Part shown: positions 36,801 through 45,521 of the stretch, in pieces | Numbering within the stretch: position 1 is the first letter of the stretch | Layout: every line of letters starts with the position of its first letter | Source: a virus | Strand: one strand, 5' to 3' | Length of the DNA: 64,000 nt | Virus record (IMG/VR): IMGVR_UViG_3300031857_000028 | Span: 64,001-128,000 of that record | The notes under the pieces: model-generated | What the model saw: only the letters and a program-made list of their open reading frames with translations | What the model was told of the DNA's origin: nothing | The model's database searches: none | Position numbers and translations under genes: made by a program

Positions 36801-38054
36801 CATGAACTTAGAACCACTTCCAAACATTTGCTGAATTTGTTCAGGGGTCATTCTTTCTACTGCTGCCTGCAAATCTTCTGCGGCACCAGTAAATGCCTTT
36901 TCAATTCCGCCACGCCCAGAAAACATTTGACGAATACCTGCCACATCTAATGCATTCTTTCCACGATTTTTTACATGACTTTTGTTACGTGCAAATACAA
37001 TTTGCCCATCACGCACGGTAAATGCAATATTTTGCCCATCTAACTTTTCGGTGACAGGTGCTTCTTGGTCTAATCCACCTAACAATCCACGATTAATCAT
37101 TTCTTTCATGTCAGCAAAGGAAAGATCTTCGTCTTCAAACGGGTGTGCTAAATGTCCTGCAGCACCTCCTTCCACGATTAATCCTTCGGAAAGGAAGATG
37201 TTCTTATTCATCTTTGCATAATTACGCATCAATACTCCTGCAAGTGCATTTGCCTCATTTTCAATTGGCGAACCCGTTGCAGTATCTACTGATGGGGTTG
37301 TTAGTTGCCCGTTTTGCATTTGTTTGACATGTACCAATTCATGTGCAAGCGTACGTAAAATGTCTGCTAATAAACGATTTTTTACGACTACTGCAACCTT
37401 ATTTAGTTTTGGATTATAATGACCCAAACTCATCATGTCTTTCGTAGGTTCAATAATTACAAATGTTGGTCTGTCAGTAATTTCCAACTGTTTCATTGCA
37501 TACAGAACAAATGTAGCAATACTTTTCTTGATGGCATCTTGCTTCGACGGTGTACGACGTTTTACCGCCGATGGTTTCTTTGGTGTAGACTTTTTAGTTG
37601 ATTTTTTTGGTGTAGACGCAGTAGTTTTCTTTTCGGGTTTTTTTGACGGTGTAGATTTCTTGGTCGATGGTTCCGGCGGACTTCCGTCTTTTTTATCTCG
37701 ACCATGATCTTTTTTTGCTAAACGCCAACCGTTGCCAGGACCATCTGGATGATGAACGTCATGGTTTTTCATTTTAGCTTTTCCGTGTTTTTTTACTGCT
37801 TTTGCACGATCACGATTCCGTTGGACTCTATCATCTTGCGTATCACGTAAATATTTTCTAACTTTTTCTGGATGTCTTTTATAATATCTACGCACACGTT
37901 CCGTACTGGACTTTTCCTCTTCTATTGGGTCCAAGTCTGCAAAACGTTTTGTAAGTACCTCCTTATCTTCCGGCGGTGGTACTTTCTTAAAGGCTCCAGT
38001 GAACCCACTTAATGCGTAATCGGGTGAATCGTACGGATTGTTTTCTTCTTTCAT
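33858..38054 (-). CDS. Multidomain protein: HNH-like, HExxH metalloprotease, ligase-like nucleotidyltransferase, PGDYG-like, HxGH cytidylyltransferase-like and ParB-like domains
   Basis: 1398 aa. Motifs in order: DVHH, AHELVH..ENEANA, EKLDG..EGVVF..YKF, PWG..PGDY, GRFQPFHAGH..ISGT, PVVI..LLGGNTR. Confidence 0.75.
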   Translation of the reverse strand: MKEENNPYDSPDYALSGFTGAFKKVPPPEDKEVLTKRFADLDPIEEEKSSTERVRRYYKRHPEKVRKYLRDTQDDRVQRNRDRAKAVKKHGKAKMKNHDVHHPDGPGNGWRLAKKDHGRDKKDGSPPEPSTKKSTPSKKPEKKTTASTPKKSTKKSTPKKPSAVKRRTPSKQDAIKKSIATFVLYAMKQLEITDRPTFVIIEPTKDMMSLGHYNPKLNKVAVVVKNRLLADILRTLAHELVHVKQMQNGQLTTPSVDTATGSPIENEANALAGVLMRNYAKMNKNIFLSEGLIVEGGAAGHLAHPFEDEDLSFADMKEMINRGLLGGLDQEAPVTEKLDGQNIAFTVRDGQIVFARNKSHVKNRGKNALDVAGIRQMFSGRGGIEKAFTGAAEDLQAAVERMTPEQIQQMFGSGSKFMSLEVILPDTQNVIPYGKSVLVMHGTIEYDEDGNEIGRSTTDGKEFADAVTAVGAEQQKTFGISGPKTIVFSDAETETYQQKAEDYSGRLDRVAQEFELDDKATLADYRRAWWERELTQQMQSKGIELSEKEFNGLVDRWTDGSKKFGVKDIENDETKKWFREFEKNELAQKQKAMIKPIETTFLQVGTDSLRRVTNFLSSNNPEASAQLKRDVLEAIKAIRDSDQPDKIAKLQRELERLEGMGIDNIVPSEGVVFIYNGKPYKFTGQFAPINQITGTFKFGMAPKESEEPKTPELTDIKDVASKLEFKPTTKQAKQYAQGNDIGDASDLEGMKPMSFAKNTVDGLKVVTVTADGKETENVAEVGDIIMSGPSGEQYVVKAGKFDKLYADGPNGTKIPEQSPRQVAAYTGTEDITFTAPWGQSMVMKPGDYLVKDGDGYYRVAKQEYEQTYNPPGTTETEPTAAEPTEPSAETPPKRTIAIFTGRFQPFHAGHYSIYEGLVEKFGKENVYIASSGKTDAIKSPFEFRDRQEIMTRMFDIPEEMIVQVKNPYAPVEILEKVPEDTTYVTAVSQKDSERLSGGKYFRNFDDVPEEERKGFKDQGYFIVAPEMQLSIDGKNISGTQLRAVMGDPQITDRAKQEIFTKVYGKFDQKIFDKIVKTTTESEEARKLTAQHGEPTKRGKKKPDEKAVKRAKSVLRQRVENPDTGRKILVATALTYPKEHSARKAAEALVQAAMQQNETMLMESKSSSENLKVYIYVKEHTEEELEHEIDEYFKNERTLKAFPNLADSSYELIDMIKKAPAEVLDINELKALENSDVGDILSGKNKTQILKQMIGNKKDVTGLLTDIKAKKPISMPVVIKHVSGYYLLGGNTRLSVLASLGHTMPVKVLGRAAPFDAPISVYPAKKDGSASKKKVNANTLFKSLLKMRITNPETGNEIKIDTAMDYNKEHPAHRAAMAVIRQRMRGLSNRAGIPKNRQD

Positions 38055-38086
38055 AAAGTAGTATTTGGTAAATATTATAAACTTCT

Positions 38087-38094
38087 TATAAATA
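38087..38094 (-). promoter_or_regulatory. Putative late promoter motif (sense strand TATTTATA), overlapping a small hairpin
   Basis: About 33 nt upstream of the ATG at 38054. A TAGAGT-AGAA-ACTCTA hairpin overlaps it. Confidence 0.55.
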
Positions 38095-38115
38095 GAGTTT
38101 CTACTCTAAAAAACA

Positions 38116-38334
38116 TTACCATGAGCCTCTTGGCCACACTTGTCCGACCGTTGGAACAACCATTCCGCTCACTGATTGTGTAGGAAGTTGTGTAATTGCA
38201 CGAGGCTCACTTCCAGAGTATCCTATTATTGTAGGATATGTTAACATATACGTAATATGCGAATTCAGATTTATTTGCATTTCTTGTACAGAAGCTGTTA
38301 CAATTCCTGTGTCTAAAAAAGAACCGGTTGACAT
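38116..38334 (-). CDS. Small hypothetical virion protein
   Basis: 72 aa, last gene of the fibre cluster. Confidence 0.55.
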   Translation of the reverse strand: MSTGSFLDTGIVTASVQEMQINLNSHITYMLTYPTIIGYSGSEPRAITQLPTQSVSGMVVPTVGQVWPRGSW

Positions 38335-38335
38335 A

Positions 38336-39277
38336 TTATTCGCTTCTCATAATTAACCGATTATTCGTCGTAAAACTTCTATCGGCTACTATAGAACTAT
38401 CACTAAATTCAATATTTGATGAAACAAAATAGGTACTTGATGTGTTATACACATTAATAGTATATGTTGCGTTGGTGACAAAGTCGGACGATTTTACCAA
38501 TCCCATCATACGCAACAGATTATGTGGTCCATACTGTACCATCGGTATAAACAATCCTACTGAAAGAAACTGCGCATTTCTTGATGTTGCCAAACTACTG
38601 TGTACATAATTTTGAAATGTTTCTGGAACCGGTACTTGACTTGCACTGAGTGGCGTGTACATCAAATATGATTGTCTGTATTCTGGTGCATTTGCATTAT
38701 GTGTTCCTACAATTACTCCCTCGTTTGTAACATTTCCATACACATCCTTCGTTCGTTCTACAAATCCAAATGCTGCAGCACCCGGCAAATTATCTGCAAT
38801 AAGTATACCCATATCGCCACCGGAAATAATACACACTCGGTGGTCGTACAATGCACCTGAGTTGGGTGCGCCGCCGGTTGTTATTACCATCGACGTTGCT
38901 CCCGTGTTACCAATTCCCAACGACCGATTACTGCCCCCGACACTTCCACTACCATCGTGGTCAAAACCAACGGTAACTGCTACACTATATCGGGTCGTGG
39001 ATACGGCAATATTCCCATAATCCAATCGAATATATACAGGATACCCATTATTGTGCAGTACATCATTCATACTAAATACTTGATATCCCGTCGATCTCGT
39101 ACTTGCTGGCGGCGGTGTTGCTGAACTTGTGTTAATACCCCCGACTGCATTGGTGTTTATCCACCCTGCAGCCGACAAGCTATCTCCTATAACCTTCACA
39201 AAACTAGTAAACGATTCTGATGTTGCCGTTGCAGGCGATGCCGCATGTAATAATGAGGATGTAACAATAACTGTCAT
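38336..39277 (-). CDS. Virion protein, paralog of 39277-40146
   Basis: Shares VFxxND..P..IR..Y and ER...G..T..G motifs with its neighbour. Confidence 0.65.
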   Translation of the reverse strand: MTVIVTSSLLHAASPATATSESFTSFVKVIGDSLSAAGWINTNAVGGINTSSATPPPASTRSTGYQVFSMNDVLHNNGYPVYIRLDYGNIAVSTTRYSVAVTVGFDHDGSGSVGGSNRSLGIGNTGATSMVITTGGAPNSGALYDHRVCIISGGDMGILIADNLPGAAAFGFVERTKDVYGNVTNEGVIVGTHNANAPEYRQSYLMYTPLSASQVPVPETFQNYVHSSLATSRNAQFLSVGLFIPMVQYGPHNLLRMMGLVKSSDFVTNATYTINVYNTSSTYFVSSNIEFSDSSIVADRSFTTNNRLIMRSE

Positions 39278-40146
39278 CAAGTACTCCGTAGTAAAAAGAC
39301 GTTGTTTGTGTACATATTTGGAGAATTTGTTCCAAAATTTATGTAATCTCGTTGGGTTCCGTACACGGTATATGGTACAGTTTGTAATATTGCGTTTACG
39401 TCGGCAGTAAATGCAACTAATATATTTGGGGTCGGGTTCAGTGGTCGGCCTGCAAACGGGTAGATTAGACCAGCCACAAATCGTCCGTCATACAACGATG
39501 GCCTACGTGATGATTTAGAGTTTGGTATAAATCCGCTTTCTCTTGATGCCGGTGCATTTCCGTATATGGCAGTTTGCGAATATAAAATTTTTGTGGCAAC
39601 TACATTTCCTTCTGTACCAAGCATATGAAATCCACTGCCTGTTGGTTGACCATTCGTACCATACAGTCGTTCAAAAACAAAAAATTGACCGGTTGCCATT
39701 TGTGGAAAATAGGCAACCGTCATAAAAGATCCATCTCCACAACCATGTATAGTACTACCGGAAACTGGTGTTGTGGTGTATGCGGCAACATTTGATATTT
39801 CTGTCAACGTATCAATTCCTGTGAACGATCCAGAACTATTATGTGCTGTACCCATTTGACAATATAGTTGTACACCATTGATTTGGCCGCCACTAAAATA
39901 TCGCACTCTAATAAATAATGGATTCGTACTTTGCCACGAATCATTGAACGCAAATACGTCATACGTATACTGTTGATTTGCTGTACCAAATGGAGTTAGT
40001 GTATTTAAATTATCTAATGAACCCGATTGCACCGTTCTCGTAAATCCGCATGTAGTAAATGCTTCACGCACACTTGATACCGTTTCTACTAACGATGCGG
40101 CAACCTGCATATTCGGATTTAATATTGATTTATAGTATGATGCCAT
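39277..40146 (-). CDS. Virion protein, paralog of 38336-39277
   Basis: 289 aa, SD AAGGAG. Confidence 0.65.
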   Translation of the reverse strand: MASYYKSILNPNMQVAASLVETVSSVREAFTTCGFTRTVQSGSLDNLNTLTPFGTANQQYTYDVFAFNDSWQSTNPLFIRVRYFSGGQINGVQLYCQMGTAHNSSGSFTGIDTLTEISNVAAYTTTPVSGSTIHGCGDGSFMTVAYFPQMATGQFFVFERLYGTNGQPTGSGFHMLGTEGNVVATKILYSQTAIYGNAPASRESGFIPNSKSSRRPSLYDGRFVAGLIYPFAGRPLNPTPNILVAFTADVNAILQTVPYTVYGTQRDYINFGTNSPNMYTNNVFLLRST

Positions 40147-40158
40147 TACATGACTCCT

Positions 40159-42984
40159 TTATTCTAACACAATTCGATTGAATGACATGGAAATGTCAGT
40201 GGTAGTTCCAGACAGATTGGTTACTGTATAATATATAGTTGATACCGTCACTGGATCCATGTTTGCCCCGTTTGCTATAGGGGACAATGTATAATTATAT
40301 AACGCCGGAGAACCGCTTAGAATCAAATCGGTTATGATTCCAGAATTATTTGCAGGGTCAGTTCCGATTGGTCGAGTTAAATCACTGTTTACGTATGATT
40401 GAGAACCATATAATCTAAGGCGCACGTCGGTATTTACTTGGGTAGAAAGTAACATAAACGTTTTTCCAAGAGAAATACTTCCGGTGTAATTTTGATTTGG
40501 TGATATACTTGCAACATTTGCCGAAACCGTCCCTCTACTCAAACTAGTTTGTGACTGATTACTATTTAATGCATATGAAGCCGTTGTTGCAAAACTTGCA
40601 GAAGGAACGTTTGTAGATGACCCAATTCGCACCATTCCAATACTTGCACTTGCATTTATAGGAACGTTGTCACCGTCATTTTCACTAACACCTAGTTGAA
40701 CAAAACTACCCGACGTTAGATATACCACTGCGCCCGCATGTGTACCCGGGTCGTTGTGTTCAAAATATGCAACAGTAGAACTATACCCAACCGTTTCGGT
40801 CCCATCTACTACAATCGATATTCTTCTACCTAAGCCAGTGTTGGCGTTCCAGTGACAATACCCCGATATTGTATACCACCCGTCTGCCCCATTTGGTACT
40901 ATTAATTTTGTTGGGTCACTTATATCCCAGAAATTCAAATCATCTCTACGTTCCGTAGTAAACGGAATGTAGTTCAAATTGTTATCTGTTAATGTTAAAC
41001 TTGCCGACCTATATACATTCACACCGACAGTACTTCCAGTTAGATTAACCGTAATTCCAGATAACGATGTTAGTGCATAACTTGATGTTATTGCTGTGTT
41101 TGCAAATGACGCACTTGTTGCAAAACTTGCACTAATAGAACTCGACGCCCAACTTGCACTAACACTACTTCCTCCCCCAGTCCCGCCATTTAATGCAAAT
41201 GATGCCGTTACTGCATATGACGCACTTTGAACAGACCCTAATAATACACTAGCAGTTGCTGCATATGACGCACTTTCGATTGAACCCAGTAATAGACTAG
41301 CCGTGGCAGCAGAAGTTGCTGTACTTGCTGTTGCACTATTTCGTGCCCAACTACTCGTTCCTAAAAATCCAACTTGATTTACTAAAGAACTGGTAAATGC
41401 ATTTGCTAATACGTGACCCGTTCTGGTAATTCGTGCCAATAAGTTACCACCTTGTAATTGAACGGGACGTATACCAAGATTACTTCTAAATTCAAAATCA
41501 GTTCCGGCAAATTCTGAACCAATAACAAATTGGTTATTTGAAACATCCCCAGTAACCCCGAACCAGCTGGTAAATCTATTTGTTCTTGCTAAACCAAACA
41601 CTACACTGGTTTTTGCCGAAGTACCTGTAGTAAAGTGGTATGCCACTTGATTGGAATCATTACTTGGGTCAAAGTTTTCATTAACACTAAACCCATTACT
41701 TGATTGCGGATAAAATATTTGACTACCCAATACTAATGTATTTGGGCTGGATATGGCCAGTGAACCGCTGACTACGCTTAATCCAGAAGTTCTTAACGAT
41801 CCGGTAATTTCTGTGTCACCGATAACTCGTAGTTCTACCGGTAAACTACTAGACAATGTTAACGAACCCGTAATTGTCTGATTTCCAATGAATATATTTG
41901 AACCGGTGGTTGCAAACGAACCCGTGTTAATTGGTGCACCACCTCCACCACCATTCAAAGCAAACGATGCCGTTAATGCAGTTGTTGCATAACTTGCGCT
42001 GATTGAACTGGATGCCCAACTAGATGAAATTGCATTAGATTGTGTAGAACCATTCCCATCTGAACCAACCCCAACTTCTCGACCGAGGTCTGCAAATGGT
42101 GTGGAAGAATGTCTGAAAAAATCAAATACTGCTTTACAGCCAACTGAAGTATTTATCGTTGATGCACAGATACCAACGCGGTTTGGGAGTTGAGTACTAA
42201 ACCATGATGAAGCAGGTTCACTAAATAATATATCATATTCAACACCATCAAACGAACGTGCAAAGTATAATGTAGTTCCATCAAAATCAATTCTATGAAA
42301 TACTGTCGGTGAAAATGCACCACCTTCATATGAAATTGAATTGAAACTTGTAAAACTATTATATCTTAAAACTTGTGTATTTAATAGTCGAATATCATTA
42401 CTCGGTCCACAAAAAATTCTGAAGACTGTAACTTTTCCGCTAACCGTATCTCTCAAGTATATTGCAGAATTATGATATGTATTTTTCCCTAAAAGTTCCA
42501 TTCTAGTAAGTACTGTAAAACCTCCAGTAGGTAAAACTTTTTCTATGGCAGTAGGGTTGTCCCCCGAACCAGTCAGTGGAGTTATGATACACCGTCCGTT
42601 CAATACTGTAACTGTTCCACTGCCAGTTGCCAAAGTCCATCCCGATGGAATTCCACTACCACTGACGGTAAACTCATCATTTAAGACCGACGGATTTGTC
42701 GGTGGAGCAAATGGGTCATATTTCGTATAAATTGCTTGACCACCTCCACCGCCACCGCCATTCAACGCATACGAGGCAGTTAATGCGTATGAAGAAGAAT
42801 TTGCTGTGTCCGCAATAGAGGCAGTTGGATTTGGCTTGTAATTCAGTAATACCAATTCACCATTATGTTTTTTAGAGAATAGCCGGCCATCGTAAGAATT
42901 AAATGCTAATTCTCCGACTGCCAAATATTGTGGATCTGGTGTGGAACCTGATGTTGGGTTACTTTTTACAATAATTCCTGCCAT
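40159..42984 (-). CDS. Tail-fibre-like multidomain protein
   Basis: 941 aa. GELAFNSYDGRLF N-terminal fibre motif, ASYALTASYAL repeats, lectin-like and C1q-like segments. Confidence 0.7.
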   Translation of the reverse strand: MAGIIVKSNPTSGSTPDPQYLAVGELAFNSYDGRLFSKKHNGELVLLNYKPNPTASIADTANSSSYALTASYALNGGGGGGGQAIYTKYDPFAPPTNPSVLNDEFTVSGSGIPSGWTLATGSGTVTVLNGRCIITPLTGSGDNPTAIEKVLPTGGFTVLTRMELLGKNTYHNSAIYLRDTVSGKVTVFRIFCGPSNDIRLLNTQVLRYNSFTSFNSISYEGGAFSPTVFHRIDFDGTTLYFARSFDGVEYDILFSEPASSWFSTQLPNRVGICASTINTSVGCKAVFDFFRHSSTPFADLGREVGVGSDGNGSTQSNAISSSWASSSISASYATTALTASFALNGGGGGAPINTGSFATTGSNIFIGNQTITGSLTLSSSLPVELRVIGDTEITGSLRTSGLSVVSGSLAISSPNTLVLGSQIFYPQSSNGFSVNENFDPSNDSNQVAYHFTTGTSAKTSVVFGLARTNRFTSWFGVTGDVSNNQFVIGSEFAGTDFEFRSNLGIRPVQLQGGNLLARITRTGHVLANAFTSSLVNQVGFLGTSSWARNSATASTATSAATASLLLGSIESASYAATASVLLGSVQSASYAVTASFALNGGTGGGSSVSASWASSSISASFATSASFANTAITSSYALTSLSGITVNLTGSTVGVNVYRSASLTLTDNNLNYIPFTTERRDDLNFWDISDPTKLIVPNGADGWYTISGYCHWNANTGLGRRISIVVDGTETVGYSSTVAYFEHNDPGTHAGAVVYLTSGSFVQLGVSENDGDNVPINASASIGMVRIGSSTNVPSASFATTASYALNSNQSQTSLSRGTVSANVASISPNQNYTGSISLGKTFMLLSTQVNTDVRLRLYGSQSYVNSDLTRPIGTDPANNSGIITDLILSGSPALYNYTLSPIANGANMDPVTVSTIYYTVTNLSGTTTDISMSFNRIVLE

Positions 42985-42995
42985 AGTGTTATTCT

Positions 42996-43421
42996 CTAAT
43001 CAATAATGTATGCATATGCAAATGGTCTACTTGTGACGTTTGATATAATTATATTTAAAAATACTGAAGACACGTTTACGTTTGACCCGGTATTCGTGTA
43101 TAGGATATTATCAAACACCGATGATACGTTTACGTTTGACCCCGTGGTTGTGTATAGAATATTATCAAACACTGAGGAGACATTTACTACGGAACCAGTG
43201 TTCGTATATAAAATATTATCAAATACAGAGGACACTCTTGTTAAAGAACTACTTTCAGCTACCCCGACTATTAGTGTTATTAGGTCTTGGGTAATTCTAA
43301 CGTCAGAACTACCGGATCCTATTAGTACGGTAGTTAAATCTTGGGTAATTCTAACGTCAGAACTACCGGATCCTATTAATGTAGTGGTTAAGTCTTGGGT
43401 AACTCGTAAATCAGTGGACAT
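42996..43421 (-). CDS. Small protein built from 18-aa tandem repeats of two types
   Basis: Three copies of DVRITQDLTTxLIGSGSS followed by four of VSSVFDNILYTxTGSNVN. DNA period 54 bp. Confidence 0.7.
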   Translation of the reverse strand: MSTDLRVTQDLTTTLIGSGSSDVRITQDLTTVLIGSGSSDVRITQDLITLIVGVAESSSLTRVSSVFDNILYTNTGSVVNVSSVFDNILYTTTGSNVNVSSVFDNILYTNTGSNVNVSSVFLNIIISNVTSRPFAYAYIID

Positions 43422-44506
43422 TATGAATCTCTTTTAAAACCCACCTCCAATGAATTAAACTCTGCAGGTCTGAATTTGTTTCCTGTGTTAGGATTTATCT
43501 CCCATCCAGTGAATTGATCGGTATATGTTATAGATGCAGAAATAGCATTACTTCCGGTATAATCGGTACTATTAATACGTAATAAATGTTCGACTCCCAT
43601 TAAATCCGGTCCATCCGCTCTAACAATTGATTTTTTTAACACTGCTTCAATTGATGATGATATTGGTATTGTACTAAATACCGATGCGGTGTTTGCAGGT
43701 CGTAGTGTAAATGTTTCTCTGAGGGGGAAGATTCCGGAAGCTGATGCAATTAGGTAACTCGTGTCTCCATCGTTTGGACGTTCGTTAATTGCATTTGCAT
43801 CAGTCGTTGCCCCGGAAGAAGTCATTTGAGTATAAAATCCAGATGCGGATGGAACATAACTTGCCATAAAAAAATTACCATTTCCAATTGACGTATTAAA
43901 TGACACTCCCGAGGTATTTAATATTAGTAAATCGTCTATAAGTATGATTCGATCAGGATTAATTCTATTGTCTATTCTAAACACATTGACTGCTGGAAAT
44001 ACATTACTTGCATTCACGTTTAAACCACTTGCAGAAAATAATAACTGTCCATTATTTTTTATTTGTACACTTCCACTACCAAGACTAGCGCTACTAATTA
44101 CCGAACGTATTTCAAGAAAATTCCATGAATTGAATCGAACTGTTGCAGTTGACGAGAATATTGTACCAATAGAATTATATATAGTAGTAGTACTGGGAGT
44201 AGGAGCTATACCAAATAATAACGTCCCCATATTACGGAATTCAATTAAGGCAGTCGAGACATTTGTCACCGGGTATACCGCCACATAACAAATAATTTCT
44301 CTATGACTGTTTTGAAAAGAGAAATCCGATGTGTAGGGACTAATATTATTTCCTATCATAAATATTGAACCGGACGGTCTACCCGTTATACCCGATTGAT
44401 TTCTAGTTAAGGTAGAAGTATTACTACCACCCATACCATATTTTGTTCTAAACACAGTTGAATTTAATTCATATTCATCAAATGGTTCGTAGAGTAATAA
44501 CGTCAT
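43421..44506 (-). CDS. Lectin-like virion protein, paralog of 44526-45521
   Basis: Likely start ATG 44506 (MTLLLYEPFD). Shares NxWxxxE, SGSV and NPNTG motifs with its neighbour. Confidence 0.65.
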   Translation of the reverse strand: MTLLLYEPFDEYELNSTVFRTKYGMGGSNTSTLTRNQSGITGRPSGSIFMIGNNISPYTSDFSFQNSHREIICYVAVYPVTNVSTALIEFRNMGTLLFGIAPTPSTTTIYNSIGTIFSSTATVRFNSWNFLEIRSVISSASLGSGSVQIKNNGQLLFSASGLNVNASNVFPAVNVFRIDNRINPDRIILIDDLLILNTSGVSFNTSIGNGNFFMASYVPSASGFYTQMTSSGATTDANAINERPNDGDTSYLIASASGIFPLRETFTLRPANTASVFSTIPISSSIEAVLKKSIVRADGPDLMGVEHLLRINSTDYTGSNAISASITYTDQFTGWEINPNTGNKFRPAEFNSLEVGFKRDS

Positions 44507-44525
44507 AATACTATTCCAATAAAAA

Positions 44526-45521
44526 TTATAAAATTGTAAAACCAATTTGTGTATTATTTACATCAGACAACGAAGACCATGGTGTCCCCGTATTTGGATT
44601 TGTTTCGAATATTCCTGCATGATATCGATAACTGTCCAATATTGATTCGCTTGGGGAGTATGCAAACGTACTGCCACTTTTAATTGCTATCTGCATAGCG
44701 CGTGAACCTGGTTCCGTCTTTCGTGCAAGTGCTTTAACTCCTAACCCATATATTTGTGTAACTGACCCGGTATATTCCACCGTTTTGTATAGGTCCATAC
44801 TATTTGGAAGCGATGCCGATACAAACGTGACATCGTTATCGGGGGAGTTTCCATCATCTACCATTAATGCATTTGAGCTAGACAGCGGTGTGAAATTTAT
44901 CGTATCACCTGATGCGGTTGGTGTCGTTGAAAATATTCGTATATCGCCTAAAAATCCGTTGGTTGCAGGATTACTTCCTTGTGTGTTTGTTATGTACCAA
45001 TCCGTTATATATGTAAAGTCGCTCTGTTGATCAACTCTCACTTCATCAGCATATGCCAATACACCATTTCGCGTATCTAGTCCAGATGCACTAATTACCG
45101 TTTGTGCATTAAGTCTTACGTGCACACTTCCGGAAATATCATCTATAACTGCGCCAAATTCATAATAATACCAATTGTTAGACACATAATTTGGTATGGT
45201 GTATGTTGCTAATGTAGTACTGCCACCTCTACGCACCGTAATTAGTCCATTGCTTGATACGAGGTCAACGTGAGTTGTACCATTCTGTCTAATAAGTAGT
45301 AGAAAAGTTCCTCCAGTTTGGCGAACTGCCATGCCACAGTATATTGGATTTGAACCCGTTACACCTGCAAGTAGGTACGAATTATACATATTTGCCCCAG
45401 ACGTATTAGATGGCCATCTAGAATAGATGGCACCCACGCCTTGCACATTGTAAGTTAGTTTAAAATTTGATGCTATATTGGAAGTAGTCAAACCAAAAAA
45501 ATTTTGTTCGTATATTATCAT
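44526..45521 (-). CDS. Lectin-like virion protein, paralog of 43421-44506
   Basis: 331 aa. NNWYYYEF..GSVHVRLN and FETNPNTGTPW motifs. Confidence 0.65.
   Translation of the reverse strand: MIIYEQNFFGLTTSNIASNFKLTYNVQGVGAIYSRWPSNTSGANMYNSYLLAGVTGSNPIYCGMAVRQTGGTFLLLIRQNGTTHVDLVSSNGLITVRRGGSTTLATYTIPNYVSNNWYYYEFGAVIDDISGSVHVRLNAQTVISASGLDTRNGVLAYADEVRVDQQSDFTYITDWYITNTQGSNPATNGFLGDIRIFSTTPTASGDTINFTPLSSSNALMVDDGNSPDNDVTFVSASLPNSMDLYKTVEYTGSVTQIYGLGVKALARKTEPGSRAMQIAIKSGSTFAYSPSESILDSYRYHAGIFETNPNTGTPWSSLSDVNNTQIGFTIL

Noticed and set aside
37690-37900. Free-standing HNH homing endonuclease
   Set aside because: Only a short, degenerate DVHH stub fused within the 1398-aa ORF. The downstream Asn/His pattern is not convincing.
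43020-43410. 54-bp periodic repeats resembling a CRISPR array
   Set aside because: The repeats are contiguous and in frame, with no unique spacers and no cas genes in the window. They are coding tandem repeats.
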